A stretch of DNA of 64,000 nucleotides from an uncultured virus (IMG/VR IMGVR_UViG_3300046501_000552). Taxonomy: Duplodnaviria; Heunggongvirae; Uroviricota; Caudoviricetes. The notes beneath the pieces were generated by a model. It did no database searches and was not told the DNA's origin. It was given only the letters and a program-made list of their open reading frames with translations. Both the position numbers and the translations under genes were made by a program. Shown piece by piece: positions 1-7,855 of the stretch. The DNA is taken from the IMG/VR virus record IMGVR_UViG_3300046501_000552, positions 1 to 64,000 of that record; one strand, written 5' to 3'. Position 1 is the stretch's first letter. Each line of letters opens with the position of its first letter.

Positions 1-709
1 CCAGATCCTGGTAGGCCATGGCCGACTCACCGTCGAGCTTGATCGAGCCCTCCCAGTCGTCGCCTTCTTTCACGAGCCGTGGGTATTCCTTGCCCAGGTT
101 CTGTACGCGCTCTTCGTCTGACTTCACGTGACCACGCGGGAAGTCTTGCAGACCATCGACGAGAATCCCCTTGATCAACCGCATGCGTAGCTTCCACCAC
201 CAGCTGTTCGTACCGCGCCCGCCTGCACCAGATTCTTCGGCTAGACGCCGTAGGTATTGCTTGTACTCGACCGGGTTCACGTACTTCAGAATGCCGAGCT
301 CCTGCGTGATGTTGACTTCATCTTCGCTATGTACGGCCTGCGTGACCTTCATAAGCAACGCCGGAATGCTCTGCAGGTTCTTCAGCTGCATGAGTAGCCC
401 CTGCGAGAGCGTCGAGCGCAGCTTGAGCGTCTTGATCACGGCATACTCCTTCTCGCCGTTTTCCATGTCCTTCTTCACCAGCAGGTACTTCTTATCGAAG
501 TCTCCCCAGACCGGCGAGTCAAGCGGCACGGCTGCATCGATCTCGAAGTACACAGCCGTCTGTCCGACCTGATACAGGTCTTTCTCGACCACGCACTCCC
601 AACCCCCGACGACCGCGATCTCCAGCCGATCGGCCTTCTTGATCGGCTTGATCTCATCGATCTTGACGATACGGGCGAGCGCCCGCGTTTCTTCTTTTAC
701 GAACGGCAT
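1..709 (-). CDS. RNA ligase, DRB0094/Rnl5-like (truncated by window edge)
   Basis: Not in the ORF track. Manual translation from ATG at 709 gives MPFVKEETRALARIVKIDEIKPIKKADRLEIAVVGGWECVV...AVYFEIDA...KLRSTLSQGLL...FPRGHVKSDEERVQN...WEGSIKLDGES, i.e. an OB-like N-terminus and nucleotidyltransferase motif I KxDG. Confidence 0.85.
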   Translation of the reverse strand, partial: MPFVKEETRALARIVKIDEIKPIKKADRLEIAVVGGWECVVEKDLYQVGQTAVYFEIDAAVPLDSPVWGDFDKKYLLVKKDMENGEKEYAVIKTLKLRSTLSQGLLMQLKNLQSIPALLMKVTQAVHSEDEVNITQELGILKYVNPVEYKQYLRRLAEESGAGGRGTNSWWWKLRMRLIKGILVDGLQDFPRGHVKSDEERVQNLGKEYPRLVKEGDDWEGSIKLDGESAMAYQDL

Positions 710-720
710 TGTAATTCTCT

Positions 721-1122
721 TTAGATAAGTACGTCGCGAATAAACGGAACGCGAAACTGCGCCTGCTCTTTCAGCCAAGCGCGGGTCTGCCAGTAGTCCT
801 TGTGCCAGATCGAATCAATCTTACAATCGTGATCGACACTCAGCGTAAAGCCAAACTCATCCCCCGTCTCTAACACAAAGACGAGATGATAGCCGAGCTG
901 CCAGCATTGGTCCCACCATTCATCTTGCTGATCAATGATGGCGGGCGTGAAGTACCAGGAGGCGGCTTGCGCGCCAGAGTCAAACGACAGATGCAGTCGC
1001 TGAAGGGCGCGCAGATAACCCATCTGAATCTCGAGCATCATGAAGTTATACGTTGCTTCATCACGCGCATGGTGATGCAAGAATAACTGCAAACGAGTAT
1101 CGAGATTAAGATGACGTGCCAT
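721..1122 (-). CDS. hypothetical protein
   Basis: ORF from ATG at 1122 (MARHLNLDTRL...), tightly packed between neighbours in the same operon. Confidence 0.6.
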   Translation of the reverse strand: MARHLNLDTRLQLFLHHHARDEATYNFMMLEIQMGYLRALQRLHLSFDSGAQAASWYFTPAIIDQQDEWWDQCWQLGYHLVFVLETGDEFGFTLSVDHDCKIDSIWHKDYWQTRAWLKEQAQFRVPFIRDVLI

Positions 1123-1561
1123 CAGGGAGCTCCGGTTTCGGAAAATGATCTTTGGTGATCTCACCCATGATCCGTACGCGCCAACCCATGGATTCAAGAT
1201 GATTCTTCGCGTGCTGGATGAATAAGTGACGGTGGCAAAACACCCCCGCCGGGCAGTAGCACCCATACGCAGCGTATGGGTACACGGAGAGGCGATCCCA
1301 CACTGCTCGATGCAGGTCACGGGACTCCACCATCTTGTCTTCGTAAAGCTCCGTGTAGCTCTGCTCGTTCAGGCGCCCTTCCTTGTACGCCTTCACATTC
1401 TCCCAGTCGGGCGCAAATGCCAGGACCCCGTCCTTCGCAGTAGTATTAATGAGTTTTATTTTTTGCTTGCCACGAGCAGTTTCGATTTCCTCATTCTCGA
1501 TTCGTCGCCATTGGGCTATCTGAATCGTCCAGAGGAAGAACTGGGGAGGTTTCTCTTCCAT
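1106..1561 (-). CDS. DUF488-like protein (N-terminus supplied by the homing endonuclease cassette)
   Basis: FAPDW...YxxLY...AYGCYC..G.FCHRH pattern typical of DUF488-like proteins. Confidence 0.65.
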   Translation of the reverse strand: MEEKPPQFFLWTIQIAQWRRIENEEIETARGKQKIKLINTTAKDGVLAFAPDWENVKAYKEGRLNEQSYTELYEDKMVESRDLHRAVWDRLSVYPYAAYGCYCPAGVFCHRHLFIQHAKNHLESMGWRVRIMGEITKDHFPKPELPDGTSS

Positions 1562-2370
1562 TTAATTCCTTGTAGATCCCTGCGTTAACGCGATTGGTGA
1601 TCGTTGTGGTGGTTAGCCCAAGCTCTTTAGCGGCTAACCCTCGGCTGGCATAGACAACATCGTCTATAACGACTGGTTTAGCGCGATAAAGCATACCCAG
1701 GTGTTTGTTAAGCACAGTCTCAGGAGGATCTTTTCTCCCTAGGGCTACCTCACTCAGTTTCTTTTTGTGTTCTTCACTGAGATGACCACCAAGTTTTGCT
1801 TGTCGCATAACCTCTTTGGCTTCTGGCGAAACTACGTGCGTTCGGCCAGTACTGCTGAGTCTGAATTTTTCGATTGCTTCTGGAGAATGTCTGTAGCCTT
1901 TGTTGTAGCCGGGATTATTCTGATGCTCCTGAAGCAAAGCTTGTCGCAATTTCTCGACATGTTCAGGAGACAGTTTTCTTCCTACTAATTTCTCCTTCAT
2001 TCTTTTTATTGAATCCGGAGATTGGCCTACAGAACAATGCCGCGCATCATCAGACAAGTTCAAGAAAAGCGGACTCCCATAGAACTCATCAATGATAGAT
2101 TGTTCAAGGTCAAACGCCGCTTCTCTGTTCTCAACTTCTACAGACACGAAGTCAAAATTGGGATTACGATTATACGCTCGTTGAAATTTATAATTCGGAT
2201 GCCGCTTATTCCTCAGAGCACTCCTATGTTTACTCTCTCGATAAACATCATCTTTCGTACTACCCGCATAAACCTCGTCAGTCTCGGGATTGTGAAAGAT
2301 GTAGACTTTGTGGTTTTCTTCAGGCATCTCTCATAATCCCTTCTTAATGTCGGAACCCCAGCCCCACCCC
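1425..2370 (-). mobile_element. Free-standing GIY-YIG homing endonuclease cassette carrying a replacement 5' end of its target gene
   Basis: AT-rich block bounded by GGGGT (minus strand) at 2366-2370 and 1425-1429. Duplicated peptides PQFFLWTIQ and IKLI(D/N)TTAK(S/D)GV occur upstream of the insert and within its 3' end. Confidence 0.72.
1491..2327 (-). CDS. GIY-YIG homing endonuclease with NUMOD3-like repeats and C-terminal HTH-like domain
   Basis: KVYIFHN...VYAGST...YRESKH...LEQ...LN nuclease core; repeated (K/G)xxHSPE / HLSEEHKKKLS motifs; VVIDDVVYASRGLAAKELG C-terminal domain; AT-rich codons. Confidence 0.9.
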   Translation of the reverse strand: MPEENHKVYIFHNPETDEVYAGSTKDDVYRESKHRSALRNKRHPNYKFQRAYNRNPNFDFVSVEVENREAAFDLEQSIIDEFYGSPLFLNLSDDARHCSVGQSPDSIKRMKEKLVGRKLSPEHVEKLRQALLQEHQNNPGYNKGYRHSPEAIEKFRLSSTGRTHVVSPEAKEVMRQAKLGGHLSEEHKKKLSEVALGRKDPPETVLNKHLGMLYRAKPVVIDDVVYASRGLAAKELGLTTTTITNRVNAGIYKELNGRETSPVLPLDDSDSPMATNRE

Positions 2371-2673
2371 TGACTTGGCCGTGGTGTCAATCAGCTTGAT
2401 GTGATCCACATCCCGACCCATCAGGTAGGGGTTTTCAGCCCCAGCTGGGTCGGCGGTAGCCGGTGATGGGATCGATGACGTCGTGCTTGACGGTGCCGAA
2501 TCCGAGGGTGGGGTCGACGATGCCGTCGGGGTTGACGTCAACGCGGCGTTCGATGTCGCGCTTCGTGCGCGCAGCAGCCTGTGCTGCCCAAGCTGAATTG
2601 TCCAGAGAAAGAACTGCGGGGTAGGACTTGGGGATGCTGGTGTGTCGGTAGACGAGATGGCGGATGCGTCCAC
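2344..2673 (-). pseudogene. Displaced original 5' part of the DUF488-like gene
   Basis: GGAGG Shine-Dalgarno then GTG start. Encodes PQFFLWTIQLGQ...HIKLIDTTAKSGV, matching the N-terminus of 1106-1561, and stops 5 codons into the insert. Confidence 0.7.
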
Positions 2674-3208
2674 AGGTCGGACCTCCCGTACGGTAGTTAA
2701 GGGATTCCCAGTCCGTGCGCTCGAGCACGTAACCGTTTGCGTCCAGCGACGCTTCGTCGAAGAGGACCGCGCCGACGACCGCGCCTTCGGGGGCCTTCTG
2801 GTTAAAGAGCTGGGCGATGTGGATGCGGCTCGCGAAGCCCATCAGGCTCGGCGTATTACTGCGTTGCACCAGACGGTGGATCGCGCTGTGATGATAGTCG
2901 ACCATGAAGTGGCCGATCTCGTGGTTATGCAGCCCAGCCTGGTAATCGAAGTTGTCTTCCCGATACATCTTCGTGATGTCGTCGATATGACTTCCGTTCA
3001 TGTCCAGCAGATGCGGTGCAACGTGAAACTCTTTACAGGCGCTATACGCCTCTTCTGCGCAATGCAGCACCTGACCCTGCAAGACGTTCTTCAGACGGCT
3101 CAGAGCGTGGTTTAAGAGCGCCGGAGCACCATCCTTGTACACGGGGCGACCCGCTTGGTCCAAAGTGATGATCAACTGCACGTTTTCTTTGCGGTTTTGT
3201 TCTTTCAT
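2435..3208 (-). CDS. hypothetical protein
   Basis: ORF from ATG 3208 (MKEQNRKENVQLII...) with phage-like codon usage; its 3' end overlaps the remnant above. Confidence 0.65.
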   Translation of the reverse strand: MKEQNRKENVQLIITLDQAGRPVYKDGAPALLNHALSRLKNVLQGQVLHCAEEAYSACKEFHVAPHLLDMNGSHIDDITKMYREDNFDYQAGLHNHEIGHFMVDYHHSAIHRLVQRSNTPSLMGFASRIHIAQLFNQKAPEGAVVGAVLFDEASLDANGYVLERTDWESLNYRTGGPTCGRIRHLVYRHTSIPKSYPAVLSLDNSAWAAQAAARTKRDIERRVDVNPDGIVDPTLGFGTVKHDVIDPITGYRRPSWG

Positions 3209-3219
3209 GGTCCCTGCAA

Positions 3220-3270
3220 CAACAAAAAATAAAGATGTCACAAACTCCCAGGGGCCGAAACCCCTGGGAG
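3220..3270 (-). terminator. intrinsic terminator-like hairpin
   Basis: CTCCCAGGGG-ccgaaa-CCCCTGGGAG, followed on the minus strand by TTTGTGAC and a T-rich tract. Confidence 0.7.
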
Positions 3271-3311
3271 CGTTCTCAGCTACTGCCCCCATAAACGGAA
3301 GTGGCGCTCGC

Positions 3312-3797
3312 TTAGTCGCTCAGCGCCGACGCGGCGATGTCCGTCAGGTGATCGCGCACCTTCTTGAATTCGCCACGCGATTGCGACGCGCCGTAGAAGT
3401 CGAGCTTCATCGAGCCCGTGCCGAACTTGGTGGTCGGCTCTTGGCCCGGTGCACGCACTTGCGACGAGCGCTCGAAGACGCCTTCGAACTTCGACTTGCC
3501 GACCGTCGGGAACACAGCTTGCACTTCGTTGACGGTCTTGTGCTTCTTGAAGAAGTCGACGCCGGTTTCGCCGAGTGCCAGGAACGATGCTGCGGCGAAG
3601 CGCGTGTTGTGGTTGTCGATCGCGAGCACCGTGTCGGCGCTCACGCCTTCGGGCAGCAGTTCGACGTACACGCCCTTCAGCTTTTCCGGATCGGCCAAGC
3701 CAGTCTTCGGATCGAGGTGGATGTGCTTCTTGATCTTGTCGGCCAGTTCACGCGTTTCCGGCTTGAAGACGATGGATTCTTTAACAGTCGTGGTCAT
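3312..3797 (-). CDS. hypothetical protein (strong codon bias, probably abundant)
   Basis: 161-aa ORF, AAGGA Shine-Dalgarno, strongly biased codons. Confidence 0.8.
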   Translation of the reverse strand: MTTTVKESIVFKPETRELADKIKKHIHLDPKTGLADPEKLKGVYVELLPEGVSADTVLAIDNHNTRFAAASFLALGETGVDFFKKHKTVNEVQAVFPTVGKSKFEGVFERSSQVRAPGQEPTTKFGTGSMKLDFYGASQSRGEFKKVRDHLTDIAASALSD

Positions 3798-3865
3798 GAT
3801 ACGTTTCCTTGTTTATCGGATTTAAGAAAGAGAGTGACTACTGGAGTCCTTGAGCTCAAGAACTA

Positions 3866-4351
3866 CTATTTGCTTCGAGCGTACTGGTTGCCGCCGGAAG
3901 GCTGCCGAGAAATCGTCGGGCGGCTCCCGTACGGCTTCCGCGGCGTTCTCACCTCAGTGCGGTTGGAGGGCACCGAGTTGAACTTGTCGACCAATGCTTC
4001 CACTGCCGCCGGGGCTACTGCCACCGGCGTGTCGATGCGCGCAGCTTTGAGCGCGGGACTGGAAAGGATGTGGCCGGAGATGTGGGTTTTGCCCTTTTGC
4101 AGGTCGCGACTGACTTGATCGCGCCCGCCGAAGACGATGAACTTGCCTTCGAGTTTGAAGAAACTGATCGTGCCGCCATGGAACTGCGGACAGTCTTGCG
4201 AGAGGTCGATCATGGCAAGCGCTGCGTCGGAGAAGTTGATGTCTTTCACCGCGACAGAAGCGATGCTACCGGAGCCAGCTTTGGCCATGACTTTGGTCAG
4301 CGAGTACTGCTGGTCTTTGAAGGTCAGGATGACTTTCGAAATATCTTCCAT
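3866..4351 (-). CDS. hypothetical protein
   Basis: ORF from ATG 4351 (MEDISKVILTFK...) with a basic, disordered tail. Confidence 0.7.
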   Translation of the reverse strand: MEDISKVILTFKDQQYSLTKVMAKAGSGSIASVAVKDINFSDAALAMIDLSQDCPQFHGGTISFFKLEGKFIVFGGRDQVSRDLQKGKTHISGHILSSPALKAARIDTPVAVAPAAVEALVDKFNSVPSNRTEVRTPRKPYGSRPTISRQPSGGNQYARSK

Positions 4352-4460
4352 GATAGATGCAGAGAATTCCTCGTGTTTAGGGACGATACTGTTATCGCAT
4401 AGCAGGAGTCGCACACGTAAAATAATTCGCGTATTTGAATGCTTCTGTTTCTGCTCAATG

Positions 4461-4470
4461 TAGTAATATA
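4461..4470 (-). promoter_or_regulatory. putative early (virion RNAP) promoter TATATTACTA
   Basis: Exact phiKZ early-promoter core TATATTAC in AT-rich intergenic DNA upstream of a minus-strand operon; an identical 10-mer lies at 26163-26172. Confidence 0.65.
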
Positions 4471-4502
4471 GGTCCAACAAATCTTTGAATCATGCGGATC
4501 AA

Positions 4503-4532
4503 CGGCATAAGCCCCAGGGTTTCCCCTGGGGC
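4503..4532 (-). terminator. hairpin + TTATGCCG element
   Basis: GCCCCAGGG-tttc-CCCTGGGGC preceded by CGGCATAA, downstream of the protease gene. Confidence 0.7.
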
Positions 4533-4547
4533 TCGCTTACGGTGGTG

Positions 4548-5348
4548 TCACCACTGCAAGAAGGCGGGCTTCTTCGCCCCTTCGGTTTCGGTTGTGTCCC
4601 AGCCCATCGCTTGAAACAGTTCCTGTCCCGTCAAGATGGCTGATTCCTGAGCTACCCCGTACATCGAGTTACGCTTGATGCCGCGCTCGATCTGACCCCG
4701 GCTAAACAGGTGGTCGAAGTCCTGCGTGTTGCGATCGCTCGCGCCCACGTGGGCTCCTTCCAGTGCCGGTGCCTTGAACTTCTCCGCCGCTGCCAGTCCG
4801 GGTTCCAACACTTGGTCCCAGGTGACGATGGTGCGCAAAATGCGCTTGCAGGTGCCACGCTCCATGAAGTCGTCAGTGAACGCCCGGATCGAGAAGCAGA
4901 CGTTCTCGTTCGGATTGTCCAGCGATCGACGCAGCTGCTCGCCATGGGGACCCGACGGATAGACGCGCGAGATGATAGCGATCACGGGGTTCCCGTGGTC
5001 ATCTTTCACCCGATCGAAATCCAGGTAGATCTCCTTGTGGTGGCAGCACACGTTGTCTTCATAGATCGACATCACGCGCTGTGCAAACTGCTCTTCACTC
5101 ATGCCAGGCAGTGGCTTGGGATGACCCAGCTCACCACGCAGCACGCCGCGCTTCACGCGTCGCATGAAGGTGCTCGAGCCCTCGAACAGATCACGGGCTT
5201 GGTCGTACACGTAGTACTGACCAATTGAGTTGAAGACGTTCAGCGCCCCGACCACTAGCTCGTAGTAGCCGTTCTCGTCTTTCTTCAACACCCCGCTCTT
5301 GTTCGATGCCGCGAGTGCCGTACACGCGAATCGAATTTGATTGCCCAT
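4548..5348 (-). CDS. prohead/head maturation protease (phiKZ gp175 / T4 gp21-like)
   Basis: GELGHP (catalytic His), CFSIR (catalytic Ser), TWDQVLEPG; start ATG 5348 (MGNQIRF). Confidence 0.88.
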   Translation of the reverse strand: MGNQIRFACTALAASNKSGVLKKDENGYYELVVGALNVFNSIGQYYVYDQARDLFEGSSTFMRRVKRGVLRGELGHPKPLPGMSEEQFAQRVMSIYEDNVCCHHKEIYLDFDRVKDDHGNPVIAIISRVYPSGPHGEQLRRSLDNPNENVCFSIRAFTDDFMERGTCKRILRTIVTWDQVLEPGLAAAEKFKAPALEGAHVGASDRNTQDFDHLFSRGQIERGIKRNSMYGVAQESAILTGQELFQAMGWDTTETEGAKKPAFLQW

Positions 5349-5368
5349 TGTGTTCTCGACTTGTTGAC

Positions 5369-6094
5369 TTATGCTCGCAAGAGAGACTCGATGCGCTCCA
5401 CGCGATCCGCCGGATTCACGAGAGCAGACACCAGAGCATCTCCAAAGTACGACCCGGCGAGCTTGTTGGTCGTATTGGTCGCTGCGTACTGCACTGAGCG
5501 CAGCGGAATGAACGCAGGCTTCACGACGCTTAGCTGGGAGAGGTCTTCGATCGTGGTCCGGTAATACTGGTTGCGATCTTTCTCCGAGCGCGAGATCATC
5601 GAAATGATCAGCTCCGTGACTTCCTGGTTGGCCCCGATGTTGGCTCCGGCATGATACAGCGCCGTGTCGAAGATTTTCCCGAGCTCCAGATAGCCCAAGT
5701 ACCAAGGTACCCGACCCTTCGAGATGATCTCGTCGTAGATTTTGTACACCAACACGTCGGTCTTCACCAGATCCGTGCTTGTGACCACGACGCTACCCGC
5801 ATCGAAGCTGAACTCGTAATACTCATCCCCGTCGATTTGTATCTTCAGGGTCGCCGTCGGTTCGATGGGCAACATGGCATTCACCATGGAGACGCCATAG
5901 TACACATCCTCTACGACAATCGCATAGATTCCCACAATGTAGGTTTCAATGCCGATCTGAGCGAGGCCTCGTTCTGCGAAGCGCGCCGGAATATAGATCT
6001 TCACCGGTTTCTTGCAGACGAGGCTCCCATTTGGAAGTTCTTCGAGGTAAGCCTGGACCCGTTTGGGATCGCGAATGAGTTTACTCACGTCCAT
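5369..6094 (-). CDS. conserved jumbo-phage protein (positional equivalent of phiKZ gp176)
   Basis: 241-aa ORF between the protease and the vRNAP cluster; gene order as in phiKZ-like phages. Confidence 0.7.
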   Translation of the reverse strand: MDVSKLIRDPKRVQAYLEELPNGSLVCKKPVKIYIPARFAERGLAQIGIETYIVGIYAIVVEDVYYGVSMVNAMLPIEPTATLKIQIDGDEYYEFSFDAGSVVVTSTDLVKTDVLVYKIYDEIISKGRVPWYLGYLELGKIFDTALYHAGANIGANQEVTELIISMISRSEKDRNQYYRTTIEDLSQLSVVKPAFIPLRSVQYAATNTTNKLAGSYFGDALVSALVNPADRVERIESLLRA

Positions 6095-6109
6095 GACTTA
6101 CCCCCGCGC

Positions 6110-7564
6110 TTAGATGGATTGCTTGAAACCCGCGTCGACCACTTGCAGCTGCGAGCCGACCCACCAGGCGACGTATTCGATCACCGAGATAGCGGCCGCT
6201 TCACGCACTTCGAGCGACGGGTTCTTCTTCTTGATGCGATCGATCCCGGCGAGGATACGCTCGGCTTCGGTCTTCGAGAAACGCGAGCGGCACACGAGCT
6301 TCAGACCCAGCGTGTAGAGGCATTCCAGATCCGACTCGACCACCTCATCGAGCAGCTCATCGAACTTGGCCGTCGCTGCCCCCACGTCGAGGTTCGCGAG
6401 ATCTTCCTCGGTAAGCTCGCGCAGCTGACGACGAAATACCGTCGAGAGCGCTTCCTTGGTACGGGCGAACTTGCGGTTCGCTTCGACCGTGGCCGTCAGC
6501 GCAGCATGGTTGTCCCACGCACGCTTGAGCGTCCCGGCGTTAGCTTCGATGTCCTCGAGCATCACGTACGGGTTCGACTGCAGCAGGTTGCCGAAGAGCA
6601 CTTCGTTCTCGCCGCCGTTCTCGATGTACTGCTTGTAGAGCTGCGGGTTGACGACGATCTCGTTGCTGCTCAGGCTGATCACCAGCGCGCCTGCCGATTC
6701 GGCTTGCTCGTAGGCATTCAGTTCCCGGCACAGGAAGGCCGCGGCTTGATCACGGAAGTCCGCCATCAGCGTTTCGTACTGCTGCAGGCTCATCGTGATC
6801 CCGTCGAGCGGGTTGTCGATCAGCTTGCGTGCGAGCAAGAAGATGATGAGGGCGTTGTCCACGCCGCAGTCGGGCGAATTGAGCAGATCGACGAAGCGAT
6901 GCACCCGTGCGTCGTTGATGTCGGCTTGCTGTTGCTGGAAGGCTTTCGCCCACACGTCAATCAGGCAGCCGTCGCCCAGCGTTGCCGCAAACTGTTCGAT
7001 GTCAGCATCCAGCGAAGCCGACCCGGTCTTCATCAGTTCGACGATTTCCGCACCGGTTTGATCCGGCAGGTTGAAATTCAGCGCCGGGGAATCCAGCGGC
7101 GTTTCTTCGAACTTGCGCACCATCGCGTCGAATGCAGCGTTCGTGAGCGGCGCGGGCAGTTCGTCGATGCGCACTTCCATGCCGAGCAGTTGGCTCGGGG
7201 TGTGCTGCGACAGAATGTCAGTCACACGGGTCACCAGATCATCCACGGCCGGAGCCACGACTTCCTTGGCAAACTTCACATGCGATTGGACTGCCGGGAT
7301 ACAGACTTCGGCGATCTGGTCGAACACGTTGTCGTGATCCGAGTCCCCAAAGACCGGATCTTTGATCGCAGCCGAAGCCGCGAGTTGTTGCAGGTCGACC
7401 TTGATCGTCACGCCATCGTGCGAGGACGTGACGGTTTCGGGACTGCGGGTGCGGTTCACCAGCATTTCCAGCGGCGTGTCCGCACGCGGCAGCACCAGCA
7501 GCTTGCGCTGGTCGAAGCGTTCGGCCAGCGGCAATGCGCTCTCGAGGGCTTGAATGCTCAGCAT
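6110..7564 (-). CDS. putative virion/head protein (positional equivalent of phiKZ gp177)
   Basis: 484-aa ORF with an N-terminal A-L-E protease-type site and strong codon bias. Confidence 0.7.
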   Translation of the reverse strand: MLSIQALESALPLAERFDQRKLLVLPRADTPLEMLVNRTRSPETVTSSHDGVTIKVDLQQLAASAAIKDPVFGDSDHDNVFDQIAEVCIPAVQSHVKFAKEVVAPAVDDLVTRVTDILSQHTPSQLLGMEVRIDELPAPLTNAAFDAMVRKFEETPLDSPALNFNLPDQTGAEIVELMKTGSASLDADIEQFAATLGDGCLIDVWAKAFQQQQADINDARVHRFVDLLNSPDCGVDNALIIFLLARKLIDNPLDGITMSLQQYETLMADFRDQAAAFLCRELNAYEQAESAGALVISLSSNEIVVNPQLYKQYIENGGENEVLFGNLLQSNPYVMLEDIEANAGTLKRAWDNHAALTATVEANRKFARTKEALSTVFRRQLRELTEEDLANLDVGAATAKFDELLDEVVESDLECLYTLGLKLVCRSRFSKTEAERILAGIDRIKKKNPSLEVREAAAISVIEYVAWWVGSQLQVVDAGFKQSI

Positions 7565-7565
7565 G

Positions 7566-7763
7566 TTAATCAGCTCCCAGAACTTTGCCCGCGCTCTCTT
7601 GGAACTTGAGCTGAGCCAGATTGAAAATCGTGCCGCGCGTGAGGGGCGACCCGTCGATGGTGTCCGCTACGTCGTTACCGACGACTCCCTGGACAATAGC
7701 CGCAACCAACTCAGCGGCATTGCCAAGTGTTGCGACGGTCCGATGCGAATCTTGCAATTGCAT
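7566..7763 (-). CDS. small hypothetical protein
   Basis: 65-aa ORF with AGGA Shine-Dalgarno, 1 nt from the next start. Confidence 0.65.
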   Translation of the reverse strand: MQLQDSHRTVATLGNAAELVAAIVQGVVGNDVADTIDGSPLTRGTIFNLAQLKFQESAGKVLGAD

Positions 7764-7804
7764 AGCTTTTCCTGTCTAGTAGACGTAAACGTTGAAAGGA
7801 CGTG

Positions 7805-7854
7805 AAAAAAGGCCGAGTAGGTCACCCTCACCGCAATGAGGGCAACCACACTCA
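7805..7854 (-). terminator. intrinsic terminator after vRNAP beta gene
   Basis: Imperfect long hairpin (CCCTCA-ccgcaa-TGAGGG core) followed on the minus strand by TTTTTT. Confidence 0.65.
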
Positions 7855-7855
7855 G

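Noticed and set aside
1425..2370. Group I intron interrupting the DUF488-like gene
   Set aside because: The nuclease ORF and the duplicated N-terminus fill almost the whole insert, leaving no room for a ribozyme core; the junctions do not fit the U|...G| splice rule; and a replacement start makes splicing unnecessary.
5349..5705. N-terminal extension of the protease ORF in the track
   Set aside because: It overlaps the upstream gene in another frame; the recognisable protein starts at ATG 5348.
5651..7609. Long antisense ORFs (also 36988-38586, 47679-50138, 50264-52075, 57813-60050)
   Set aside because: These are shadow frames opposite well-supported genes, expected from GC-rich codon bias, with no recognisable motifs.
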